64,000 bases of DNA from an uncultured Chitinophaga sp. (lineage in GTDB: Bacteria > Bacteroidota > Bacteroidia > Bacteroidales > GCA-2748055): the NCBI GenBank assembly GCA_964349045.1, contig CAYGFI010000005.1:5564-69563 (forward strand), given 5' to 3'. Position 1 is the stretch's first letter. Each line of letters begins with the position of its first letter. Positions 48,546 to 56,898 of the stretch are shown here, in pieces. A model generated the notes under the pieces. The model worked only from the letters and a program-made list of their open reading frames with translations. It was not told the origin of the DNA and searched no databases. Both the position numbers and the translations under genes were made by a program.

Positions 48546-50867
48546 CTATTGAGTATCCGATTCATTTACCAAAAGGACCTTGTCAATCTGGTGAATAACA
48601 GCGTTGGAAATGACATTGGGGAATACTTCCAGTCCCCCTACCCCCTCTGAAGTAACAAGTTTCCTTACCGTAATAATATTGGTATTGGGTGATTCAGGAA
48701 TAGCTATGTAATCTGAACCTGACAGACCCGGGATATTTATTTCATCAACACCGGGATTTATATATACCTTGGTGAAGATAGTTGTAAAGGGTGTGGATTT
48801 TTCATCAATCCTGGTAGTCTCATAATATTTTGCAGGCTTATTTCCGTCAGTAAAAATCATGTCTCCCTGTATAAAATGGAAAAGAAGAAATTGCTTAAGA
48901 TCCGGAACACTCATTGTATCTACCTGATATTCAGTTAAAGCTGCCACACTTGGTATAAATACGGTATAAAATTCATTGTCGGAAATGAATTTATAAGTGT
49001 AAAGTTTGTCGTTTGTCAAACCAGCTTTTTTAAGCAGATTGTGAAAATAAGGAAAGGAAGTTGAAATTTTCTGAAATAAATCAACAGATGCAAAATTGAA
49101 CCAGTTTGAAATATTATAGGTAATCCCGTTATCAGCATTTGTGCTTATTTGTTTGGGAAAAACATTTACTTGCTCTTCTCCGCTGTAACCTATAGTTGAA
49201 GGAGCCGTTCCGCTTACCTCACCTGTTTCGTTGTTAAAAATTAAAAAATTCCCGGCAAGATTTCGGATAAACTCTTTTTTCGCGATTCCATTTGGAATTT
49301 CTACACCTATATGATTAAGAATCAACCTACGTAGCTCATTTGTCGATAACGAAATTTCCTGAAACTGGTCCCCCGATGTCTGAAAAAGCGAAAACCGGTC
49401 ATTAATCGGATTATATATAAGGGAGGAATCAAACCGCAGGTTTAAATCCGATTCCGCATAAAGTAAATAATTATTAGATTCTTTTTTTAGTGCAGGCAAT
49501 AAGCCTGTTTTTTCAATGGCATACATAGCAATTGAATAACCCCGCTGAAGGTAAATAGGCCCGGTAATGCTCTTAAATGCCCGGGGAACTATCATTTTAT
49601 TTACGCCAATGAAACTGCAATTGCTTCCAAATTCCTTATGAATTATGGTCGAAGGATCAACATATATTATATCTTTCTCACCATTATAAAATCCTTTATA
49701 GAAATCAGAAGGATAAATTGCATTGTAAGACATTTGCGTATTTGCCATCATTCTTTTTATATGAAGAGGAGTCTCTTTTAATGACCCCCAATTATCGGGA
49801 CCGGCAATATATTCACTGATGAATGCATCAAATGCATCATTGGTAGGAGCTATCAACCCATGATGATAGCGGATAGAAACATTACCCGGTAATCCGACTG
49901 TCCCCAATGGAGCTTTTGTTTGCTCATTCGTAATGTTAAATGCCAGTTTTGGAAAGCTTATGTCAAAAAGGGAATCTACCGTATATCCAAGGTCTGCTCC
50001 TGGTTGTGCGATAGTTCTTTCCCGGTTATAAAGGAATTCCGGAAATATATCAACCAGGTCAAGGAACTTACTGTAAGAAATGTCATCATTCTTTGTGCTG
50101 AGAATCTGGTAAGCGTTTTTAAGTGGTTCAATCACCCTGTCAATTACATGGATAAACCCGTTTTCAGCAAAAATGTCACCGGTAATTATTTTCCCACTGA
50201 CAAAGTAAATATCATTCGGACTATCAAAAGGCCTTTCAAAATAGAAAGTAAAATCATTCGAGCTAAGATCGAAAATGTTAAAGTACTCATTGTAAAAAAC
50301 CGGTGCATATTTTCTGGAATCAGTTGCCTGTCGTCTGTACCAGTCAGTGAGAAGTGTGTCAACAATAGCAATCACCTTGTTTTCATTGACCTTAACCCCA
50401 TATTTCGGGTCCTTATCACGCAACAAAGTTTCCCTTTTAAAACCTTTGGGCTTGTCGTTATTTATGTCAGTTGAATCGATCCATCCATGCACATCCAGGG
50501 ATCTGAGCTGGAGTTTACTCCAGGGATTCTGCACAATATGAAATTTAACAATACGGTTTAATTCGTCAGGTGGAATATCTGTAACAGAGTTATATCCGGG
50601 ATGAGACTGCAAATATAGTGTAAAGGCATCATTGTCCGGGGCAAATACAGTATAACTCCCTGAAGTATTAATAATAGTGTCATAACCGGTTATTTCCAGG
50701 CACCGGGCAAACTGAGAAAGTTCAGGACGAGACTTAATCTGGATAAACAACTTTCCTGCGAGCCAGTCAGGACGGGCATATTTGTCAGAAAGTTCAAGGT
50801 CTTCTTTGCAACTGATAATGCTTGCAAACAACAATGCAAGAAACAATAATTTTTTGATTCGAATCAT
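48546..50867 (-). CDS. Multi-FAS1 (about four fasciclin domains) lipoprotein, first gene of the string
   Basis: 773 aa with lipobox ASIISCKED. Repeated FAS1 marks are YTVFAPDNDAFTLY, LIAPTNDAFDAF, YTVFIPSVAAL and NAVIHQIDKVLL. Confidence 0.65.
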   Translation of the reverse strand: MIRIKKLLFLALLFASIISCKEDLELSDKYARPDWLAGKLFIQIKSRPELSQFARCLEITGYDTIINTSGSYTVFAPDNDAFTLYLQSHPGYNSVTDIPPDELNRIVKFHIVQNPWSKLQLRSLDVHGWIDSTDINNDKPKGFKRETLLRDKDPKYGVKVNENKVIAIVDTLLTDWYRRQATDSRKYAPVFYNEYFNIFDLSSNDFTFYFERPFDSPNDIYFVSGKIITGDIFAENGFIHVIDRVIEPLKNAYQILSTKNDDISYSKFLDLVDIFPEFLYNRERTIAQPGADLGYTVDSLFDISFPKLAFNITNEQTKAPLGTVGLPGNVSIRYHHGLIAPTNDAFDAFISEYIAGPDNWGSLKETPLHIKRMMANTQMSYNAIYPSDFYKGFYNGEKDIIYVDPSTIIHKEFGSNCSFIGVNKMIVPRAFKSITGPIYLQRGYSIAMYAIEKTGLLPALKKESNNYLLYAESDLNLRFDSSLIYNPINDRFSLFQTSGDQFQEISLSTNELRRLILNHIGVEIPNGIAKKEFIRNLAGNFLIFNNETGEVSGTAPSTIGYSGEEQVNVFPKQISTNADNGITYNISNWFNFASVDLFQKISTSFPYFHNLLKKAGLTNDKLYTYKFISDNEFYTVFIPSVAALTEYQVDTMSVPDLKQFLLFHFIQGDMIFTDGNKPAKYYETTRIDEKSTPFTTIFTKVYINPGVDEINIPGLSGSDYIAIPESPNTNIITVRKLVTSEGVGGLEVFPNVISNAVIHQIDKVLLVNESDTQ

Positions 50868-51300
50868 TTTATTCGTTTCTAATAGTAGTTTGAGGTACGT
50901 TAAAAACAGAGCTTGTGGAGTTGTTTCAAAAGTACTAAATTTTGTTTAAATCCAAATCGATTGAAATATATAAATCTGCTTACCTATTAATTACTTTTTT
51001 AAATATTTAAGATATTTTAAAGTAGGACAAGTTATTATTTCATCACCAACAAAAAGTTCCTGTACTATTATATTCTTGTGTCATCAATATAGTAATGAAT
51101 AGCCAAAATAAGGAAACAATTAAATATGATAGTCCGAGCAGATTACCCAGATCATACATTATTTTAACATTTTTTTAACAACATTTATTTATTTCCATTT
51201 TGCTTTAAAAGGAATTCTTTGAGTAGTTAAAAATAAACTGTATTTATTTATTGTGAAATGAACAAAATGGACTATAATTTGCACAAAATGGATAAAGTAA
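50868..51300 (-). repeat. Left arm of a mirror-image paralogous upstream region (upstream of the fasciclin/SusCD string)
   Basis: The reverse complement is colinear with 52451-52910. The best block is 51123-51171 against 52599-52647, 49 nt with 3 mismatches. Confidence 0.8.
51256..51293 (-). promoter_or_regulatory. Candidate AraC-family operator: two direct repeats with 21-bp phasing
   Basis: The minus strand reads ATCCATTTTGTGCAAATTATAGTCCATTTTGTTCATTT. The unit TCCATTTTGT occurs at 51292-51283 and again at 51271-51262. Confidence 0.45.
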
Positions 51301-51541
51301 AGTGTGTTGGTCAGGAGATTCAAAATGCCAATTGAACGAAGCCAGGATCTCTCATTGCGGGAATACAAAATATATCAATAGTTAAGTCAAACTCACTGAT
51401 ATTGAAAACAATGTACGTAAAACATATTGAAATATTTCCTGGAAACCTAACACATCATTTTAACCTTTCCGGAAAAATATTAGCATTTTGCAATTTACCC
51501 TTTCAAAAACCTATCTTTGAGAATAATTACCCGATAAATCC

Positions 51542-52444
51542 ATGGAAGATTTCTTCAAATACCTTACTCCCGGTGAAGAAGATATTGGTTGGGGACTTTA
51601 CCTGAATGTTGTAGGTAAAACCATTATTCCGCCAGGACTGATTTATCCCAGTATCGATCACCCCAGCGGTTATTTTTTCACTTGGGACAAGGGACGGGTT
51701 CTTCATGAATACCAGATCGTATATATTTCAGAAGGCGATGGGATCTTTGAAGATGAAACCGGCGAATTCCCTATTAAAGCAGGATCGCTACTAATTCTGC
51801 AGCCTGGAAGATGGCATCGGTATAAACCGGACCCGGGTAAAGGATGGACAGAAAGTTATGTTGGATTTAATGGTCTTTCGGCAAATTTAATGTTTACCAA
51901 TCCTCAACTTACTCTTATAAAACCCGTTGTCCATATTGGTAACCGTGAGGAATTCATTGACACGTATTATAAAATATTCAGATTTGCACAAGCTGAAAAG
52001 CCTGGATTCCAACAGATTACTGCAGGTATGGTAATGAAACTCCTGGGATATCTTATTTCAATTGAAAAAAGACTTGATTTCTCGGAGAAAAGAATCGAGA
52101 AAATCATAGAAAAAGCATGTTTTCTCATAAGAGAAAATATTGAAAAGGAAATTGATTTTAAACAGTATGCAGATGAGAACTGTGTAGCATATTCCTATTT
52201 CAGAAGAATGTTTAAAATGTATACCGGATTACCCCCGGCTAAATATCATCTTGACCTTAAGATCATCAGGAGCCGTGAATTATTGCTTTCAACTGATAAA
52301 ATAATCAAGGAAATCTGCAATGAAGTTGGATTTGAATCAACTTATTATTTCAGCAGACTATTTAAAAAAAAAACAGGTATTTCTCCTTCCCTCTTCAGAA
52401 CTTCGGCCAATAATCAAAAAGGGCAGAAAAAAATTATTCGGTGA
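51542..52444 (+). CDS. AraC family transcriptional regulator (N-terminal cupin-like sensor, C-terminal double HTH)
   Basis: 300 aa. The C-terminus (YFRRMFKMYTGLPPAKYHLDLKI...ICNEVGFESTYYFSRLFKKKTGISPSLFR) is the AraC/XylS HTH signature. Confidence 0.85.
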   Translation: MEDFFKYLTPGEEDIGWGLYLNVVGKTIIPPGLIYPSIDHPSGYFFTWDKGRVLHEYQIVYISEGDGIFEDETGEFPIKAGSLLILQPGRWHRYKPDPGKGWTESYVGFNGLSANLMFTNPQLTLIKPVVHIGNREEFIDTYYKIFRFAQAEKPGFQQITAGMVMKLLGYLISIEKRLDFSEKRIEKIIEKACFLIRENIEKEIDFKQYADENCVAYSYFRRMFKMYTGLPPAKYHLDLKIIRSRELLLSTDKIIKEICNEVGFESTYYFSRLFKKKTGISPSLFRTSANNQKGQKKIIR

Positions 52445-52450
52445 TTTCCG

Positions 52451-52910
52451 TTATTTAGTCATTTTGTGCAAACTTTGGTTCACTTTGTTCATTTAACTTG
52501 ACCTTAACGTATCCTAATTTTACCTGTTCTAAGGATTACGTTAAGATGTAAATGAAAATAAATATATAAAAATCATTATCTGTATATATTCCCATAATAA
52601 TGTTAAAATAGTGTATGATCTGGGTAATCTGCTCGAACAATCATATTAAAATGTTTGTTTATTTTGGATAATCATTTAATATGTAATGGCATAAAAGAAT
52701 AAATACATTTTCACTTTTTGTTTGGTATGTAATAATTTCATATCCTTGCTTAAAATTTCTTTGATAATTGTAATTAATTGATTTGCAGTTTAAAATATAT
52801 TTATTAGGTGAACTAATAATTTCATAGCATGTTTTTTTATTTGGATTTTGTTTTTAGCTGTTTTAATATTGTTTATCCTTAAATATTTTACTAATCCTAA
52901 ACTGATAATT
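52451..52910 (+). repeat. Right arm of the mirror-image paralogous upstream region (upstream of the LTD/T9SS protein gene)
   Basis: Colinear with the reverse complement of 50868-51300. It also contains an arm-specific hairpin, CTTAACGTATCCT ... AGGATTACGTTAAG, at about 52503-52546. Confidence 0.8.
52458..52495 (+). promoter_or_regulatory. Candidate AraC-family operator: two direct repeats with 21-bp phasing
   Basis: GTCATTTTGT lies at 52458-52467 and TTCACTTTGT at 52479-52488, followed by TCATTT. The sequence is homologous to 51256-51293. Confidence 0.45.
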
Positions 52911-55900
52911 ATGAAGACAAAACTACTATTGATTGTTCTTCTTATGGTTGCCGGGATTCTGAATGCCCAGGATACCATAAGAACTCTTGTGATTACGGAG
53001 TACAGGGGTGATGATTCACGTCAAAACTTCGTTGAAATCAGCAATGTTGGTACAACAACATTAAACCTTGCTAATTTTCAGATTGGAACCGTTTCTCCCT
53101 GGAGTACTCCGATAGAAAGAGGCAATCTGCGAAAAGCATGGAATTTAATAGGGAATACACCCTGGCCATTTACAGTAGTGCTTCGGTTGCCGGAAAAAAA
53201 TCTTGCTCCCGGTAAATCTTTTACTATCGGTCCATTGTACGACTGGAACCCTGAAGCATTTAACAGGGGAGACCCAAGAGGCATCCGGGTCATGAACAAA
53301 AAGGAATGGTGGACCCTTGCAGACATTCAGGCCCATTTTCCTGAAAACCCGAAGCAGCCAGACCCTACAGATAGTGCAAATATCTGGCACCGTCTGATTG
53401 ATCAGTGGGGCGGCGCTTATGGTATATACCTCGCACAGTATCTTTCACCAACCGACTCTGTTGTAATTGATTTGGTGAATGTTTATGAATGGGATGCCGA
53501 TGGCACAAGAGATGAGAGTCCTCATGATGTGGCAGGTGTTACCCATGCTACAAGAACTGCTACACTTATTCGCAAGTTCAGCGTGAAGAAAGGGAATCTT
53601 GATTTTCTGAAAGCAGCCGGACTTGATTATACCGACTCCGAATGGATACCCATTCCCCATCTTACCGGCGGCTGGGAACCTCATCGGTCCTTGTTCTGGA
53701 CTGCTGGTAACCATGGAGATTATAATTTGGACGAAGCAACACTTACCTCAAATACTGTTGATATAAACTGGACCAACCATGTTCTTACGGTTCCCTGGGG
53801 TGTAAGGAGAGACGATTCACTTATGTACCAGTTTAACCGTAAACCCGGTTTAGCTTGGCATTTTGATTATGCCCCGTCATCTGTCGATTCTGCATTCTAT
53901 TCTCTCAGAACCGGTGATGCCATGACTATTTATGCCTGTGGAAATGATGTGGATATTATTAAATTTGATATTGTTGTTTCTCCTCCTACAGCTGGTGAAA
54001 ACAGGGTTGTACCTAAAAAGATGGGAAATTTACATGGATATTTCTCCCTTGGTCCACCCAGCTGGGTAGTAACTGATAAGGTTCCCGGCATGGATACCAT
54101 TCAGGAGATTCCCTTTGGAATCCGGTCGGATACCCTGCTCAAATATCTCGAAAAAGCTCCCGAAGCAAACTGGGAATTCGAATGGGTTGACGGTAATGTC
54201 AGGACAGATCTACAGACCGGTGATATCCTGAAAGTTACAGCCAAGAATGCAAGCGTAAAGAGATACTATATTAAGCCAAATAAAATCCAGAAAAGCCATA
54301 ATGCTAACCTGGCCTCTATCACCTGGCCTGATATTCCTGAATTCTATAAAGGTCTCTATGGGTGGGTTGGTGATACTATTCCAACTTTCGCGACCAGCAA
54401 AACCGAATACATTCTCCAGGTTCCCCTCGATGTAACTGGTATACCTGCTTTGGTTGGGAAAACACAGAATATCAATGCACAACTTGAGGTTGACAGGGCT
54501 AAAAATTTAACCGGATCTAATGCAGACAAAACGGTTACATTTACAGTTACGGCCCAGGATGATACCACTATAATGGTATACAAGGTTCAGCTCGAAAAAG
54601 AAAAAGACCTATCCAATATTCAACCCTGGGTGGGAAAACCATTTATTTCACAATTTGTCTGGATGAATGATTTCCGCAATACTTTTCTTGAAGTAGTAAA
54701 TCCGGGAACCGAACCTCTTGATTTAAGTAATTATATGATCGTTTCCGGGTATGCTGCCAATCCGGCTGACGCCATCAGACAAGCCGCAGGAACCGGTGAT
54801 TTTGCCGAAAGGTATAGAAAATATATCCCAGGCTATAAATGGGTACCGGAAGCTGATTGGGCAACAAAACCAGGCATCGCTCAACCGGATGTAAATATTG
54901 ATCCGATTGTTCAGGCTGGAGATGTCTTTGTTTTGGCTCAAATTTACTGGGATAGTCCGGATGGAAGCGCTCCTACTTTCATAAAGCCTCAGGTTGATCT
55001 TGATTTAGCGAATAACCCATGGGATGAACCATTAGCACAGTGGTCATCTCTTGAAATGTGGTTTGGAAAAGTCTATTTATTCGAAATCCTGAACGATTCT
55101 GTTAAAACAGGAAAAAAACCTGCAACAGATCCGAATGATTTTGAACTTCTTGACTGCTTTGCCGATAATGCCGGACAATGGAATGTTGGAGGTATTCCTG
55201 CAGGTCAAACCTTTGGTTATACCAGAAAGCCGGAAGTTTATCTAGGCAATCCTGTTATTGGAGGCTCATTTGGTACAACAGAAGAGAATAGTGAATGGGT
55301 AATGCTTAATGAAGCCCGGCTGCAGGCAAAAGGTTACCCCTGGCCAAACTGGAGAGCCTATACCTGTGAAGGTATTGGTTCTCACTTCATGAAGGCTTAT
55401 ACCGGCTATATGTCCATTGTTGGATCAAATGCCTACAAAGTTTCTGAAGGTTACACCAATGCAGAGACCATCAGAGGGATCGTAACCGGAACCACTGTAT
55501 CAGATTTTCTTGCTGCTTTATCAAAAGTAGATGAAGGTCAAACCCTGACAGTAAAAAGAGCTGGTGTTGCTGTTCTATCAACTTCTGCACTTGTAAATGG
55601 AGATGTTCTTGAAGTGGTTTCCGCTGACGCAGTTAATACAACCAAATACACTCTTGAAGTTACTGCCGGTGGTTTACCCGATAACGCGGTTCTTACTTCA
55701 ACTCAATATACAATTGCAATTACGGGTGCAACCGGAACAATATCAGGTTTTGATTATAGTGTACCCTTAAGGACAATTGTTGAAAATGTTGTAGTTCCTG
55801 ATGGTGCAACATTCAATGTTATAGACGGAAACAATGCATACGTGCCCCTTATGATCCTGAATTATGATACCATTTTGGTGGCTGTCCGGGTAAATTCCAA

Positions 55901-56735
55901 TACATATTTTGAAGTAATAGCTGAAAACGGAACTACCAAGATTGTTTACCAGCTGATACCAAACATGATGAACAGCGGTGCATTTGTAACCTCCAATGTT
56001 TTTACTGTAAACCATTCGGCTTCACTCATATCTGATGTTCCTGATGGTGCCGGAGTATATGGTTTTATGAAGTATATTATACCTGCTCCAGGTGCAACAG
56101 TTAAACTGATTGATAAACTTGGTTATGAAAGGACCATGGGTAATATCTATGTAGACGACCGGATTTTAGTTACTTCTGAAGATGGTCTGACAACCAAGAT
56201 ATATTATCTGAAGGTTTTACGTGAAATATCCAATTACCTTGCATATGTATTATCCGATATCTATGCTGTTGATCAGATAGGGTATACAATTACAGGTGAT
56301 TTCAGTGTTGCAACCACTGTAAGCAGCTTCCTCGCAAACCTTATCCCCGCTGAAGGAGCTACAATGAAGGTAACAAACGCTGCTGGTGTTCAACAAACCG
56401 GCAACATGGCGGTTGGTAATTTACTTGTTGTTTCTGCAGGTGATGGTATTACCACGGTAACCTATTCACTTGAAGTTGGAACAAGTGTACGCAATATCAA
56501 CGCTGGTTCAATAAATGTTTATCCAAACCCGAGTAACGGAATGATCTATGTCTCCGGCCTCGAAACAGGACACAGGGTAGCCGTTACCAATATGCTGGGT
56601 CAGAGATTGATTGACAGGGAAGTTAAACAGAACATCGAAATGTTCAACCTGGAAGGTCAGTCTGGCGGAGTTTATTTCATAACTGTTAATAACGGAAACC
56701 AGGTTGTAGGTCGCTACAAACTGATTCTGCAATAA
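52911..56735 (+). CDS. Large T9SS-secreted protein with two lamin-tail-domain-like modules, a cadherin-like beta-sandwich and repeated ~75-aa modules; C-terminal T9SS sorting domain
   Basis: Start taken at ATG 52911 (MKTKLLLIVLLMVAGILNAQ). LTD-like segments are LVITEYRGDDSRQNFVEISNVGTTTLNLANFQI and NTFLEVVNPGTEPLDLSNYMIV. The CTD is INVYPNPSNGMIYV...GGVYFITVNN...YKLILQ. Confidence 0.6.
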   Translation: MKTKLLLIVLLMVAGILNAQDTIRTLVITEYRGDDSRQNFVEISNVGTTTLNLANFQIGTVSPWSTPIERGNLRKAWNLIGNTPWPFTVVLRLPEKNLAPGKSFTIGPLYDWNPEAFNRGDPRGIRVMNKKEWWTLADIQAHFPENPKQPDPTDSANIWHRLIDQWGGAYGIYLAQYLSPTDSVVIDLVNVYEWDADGTRDESPHDVAGVTHATRTATLIRKFSVKKGNLDFLKAAGLDYTDSEWIPIPHLTGGWEPHRSLFWTAGNHGDYNLDEATLTSNTVDINWTNHVLTVPWGVRRDDSLMYQFNRKPGLAWHFDYAPSSVDSAFYSLRTGDAMTIYACGNDVDIIKFDIVVSPPTAGENRVVPKKMGNLHGYFSLGPPSWVVTDKVPGMDTIQEIPFGIRSDTLLKYLEKAPEANWEFEWVDGNVRTDLQTGDILKVTAKNASVKRYYIKPNKIQKSHNANLASITWPDIPEFYKGLYGWVGDTIPTFATSKTEYILQVPLDVTGIPALVGKTQNINAQLEVDRAKNLTGSNADKTVTFTVTAQDDTTIMVYKVQLEKEKDLSNIQPWVGKPFISQFVWMNDFRNTFLEVVNPGTEPLDLSNYMIVSGYAANPADAIRQAAGTGDFAERYRKYIPGYKWVPEADWATKPGIAQPDVNIDPIVQAGDVFVLAQIYWDSPDGSAPTFIKPQVDLDLANNPWDEPLAQWSSLEMWFGKVYLFEILNDSVKTGKKPATDPNDFELLDCFADNAGQWNVGGIPAGQTFGYTRKPEVYLGNPVIGGSFGTTEENSEWVMLNEARLQAKGYPWPNWRAYTCEGIGSHFMKAYTGYMSIVGSNAYKVSEGYTNAETIRGIVTGTTVSDFLAALSKVDEGQTLTVKRAGVAVLSTSALVNGDVLEVVSADAVNTTKYTLEVTAGGLPDNAVLTSTQYTIAITGATGTISGFDYSVPLRTIVENVVVPDGATFNVIDGNNAYVPLMILNYDTILVAVRVNSNTYFEVIAENGTTKIVYQLIPNMMNSGAFVTSNVFTVNHSASLISDVPDGAGVYGFMKYIIPAPGATVKLIDKLGYERTMGNIYVDDRILVTSEDGLTTKIYYLKVLREISNYLAYVLSDIYAVDQIGYTITGDFSVATTVSSFLANLIPAEGATMKVTNAAGVQQTGNMAVGNLLVVSAGDGITTVTYSLEVGTSVRNINAGSINVYPNPSNGMIYVSGLETGHRVAVTNMLGQRLIDREVKQNIEMFNLEGQSGGVYFITVNNGNQVVGRYKLILQ

Positions 56736-56752
56736 CATTTTTCTAAACTAAA

Positions 56753-56792
56753 AAAGAGGCTGTCTCTGCATGGAGACGGCCTCTTTCTTTTT
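56753..56792 (+). terminator. Rho-independent terminator after the LTD/T9SS protein gene
   Basis: Stem AAGAGGCTGTCTC / GAGACGGCCTCTT with one mismatch and loop TGCATG, followed by TCTTTTT. Confidence 0.6.
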
Positions 56793-56898
56793 GAATGCTT
56801 TGCAGATTTTGTTTTTACAATTCACCTGCACATCAATACCTACCCGAAAATATATCCCTGCAGGAATTGGTAAATAAAAATTTAAAACAGATATAAAA

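Noticed and set aside
51402-51605. Small ORFs in the AT-rich regions flanking the AraC gene (51402-51605, 52790-52978)
   Set aside because: They overlap the conserved non-coding arms or the start of real genes. They have skewed AT-rich codon content and no motifs.
50868-52910. Long inverted repeats around the AraC gene considered as IS/transposon ends or an invertible phase-variation switch
   Set aside because: No transposase, integrase or invertase is encoded between or next to the arms. The arms are imperfect, and each runs up to the start codon of an outward-facing operon. Inversion would flip only the regulator gene. Duplicated upstream regulatory regions explain the pattern better.
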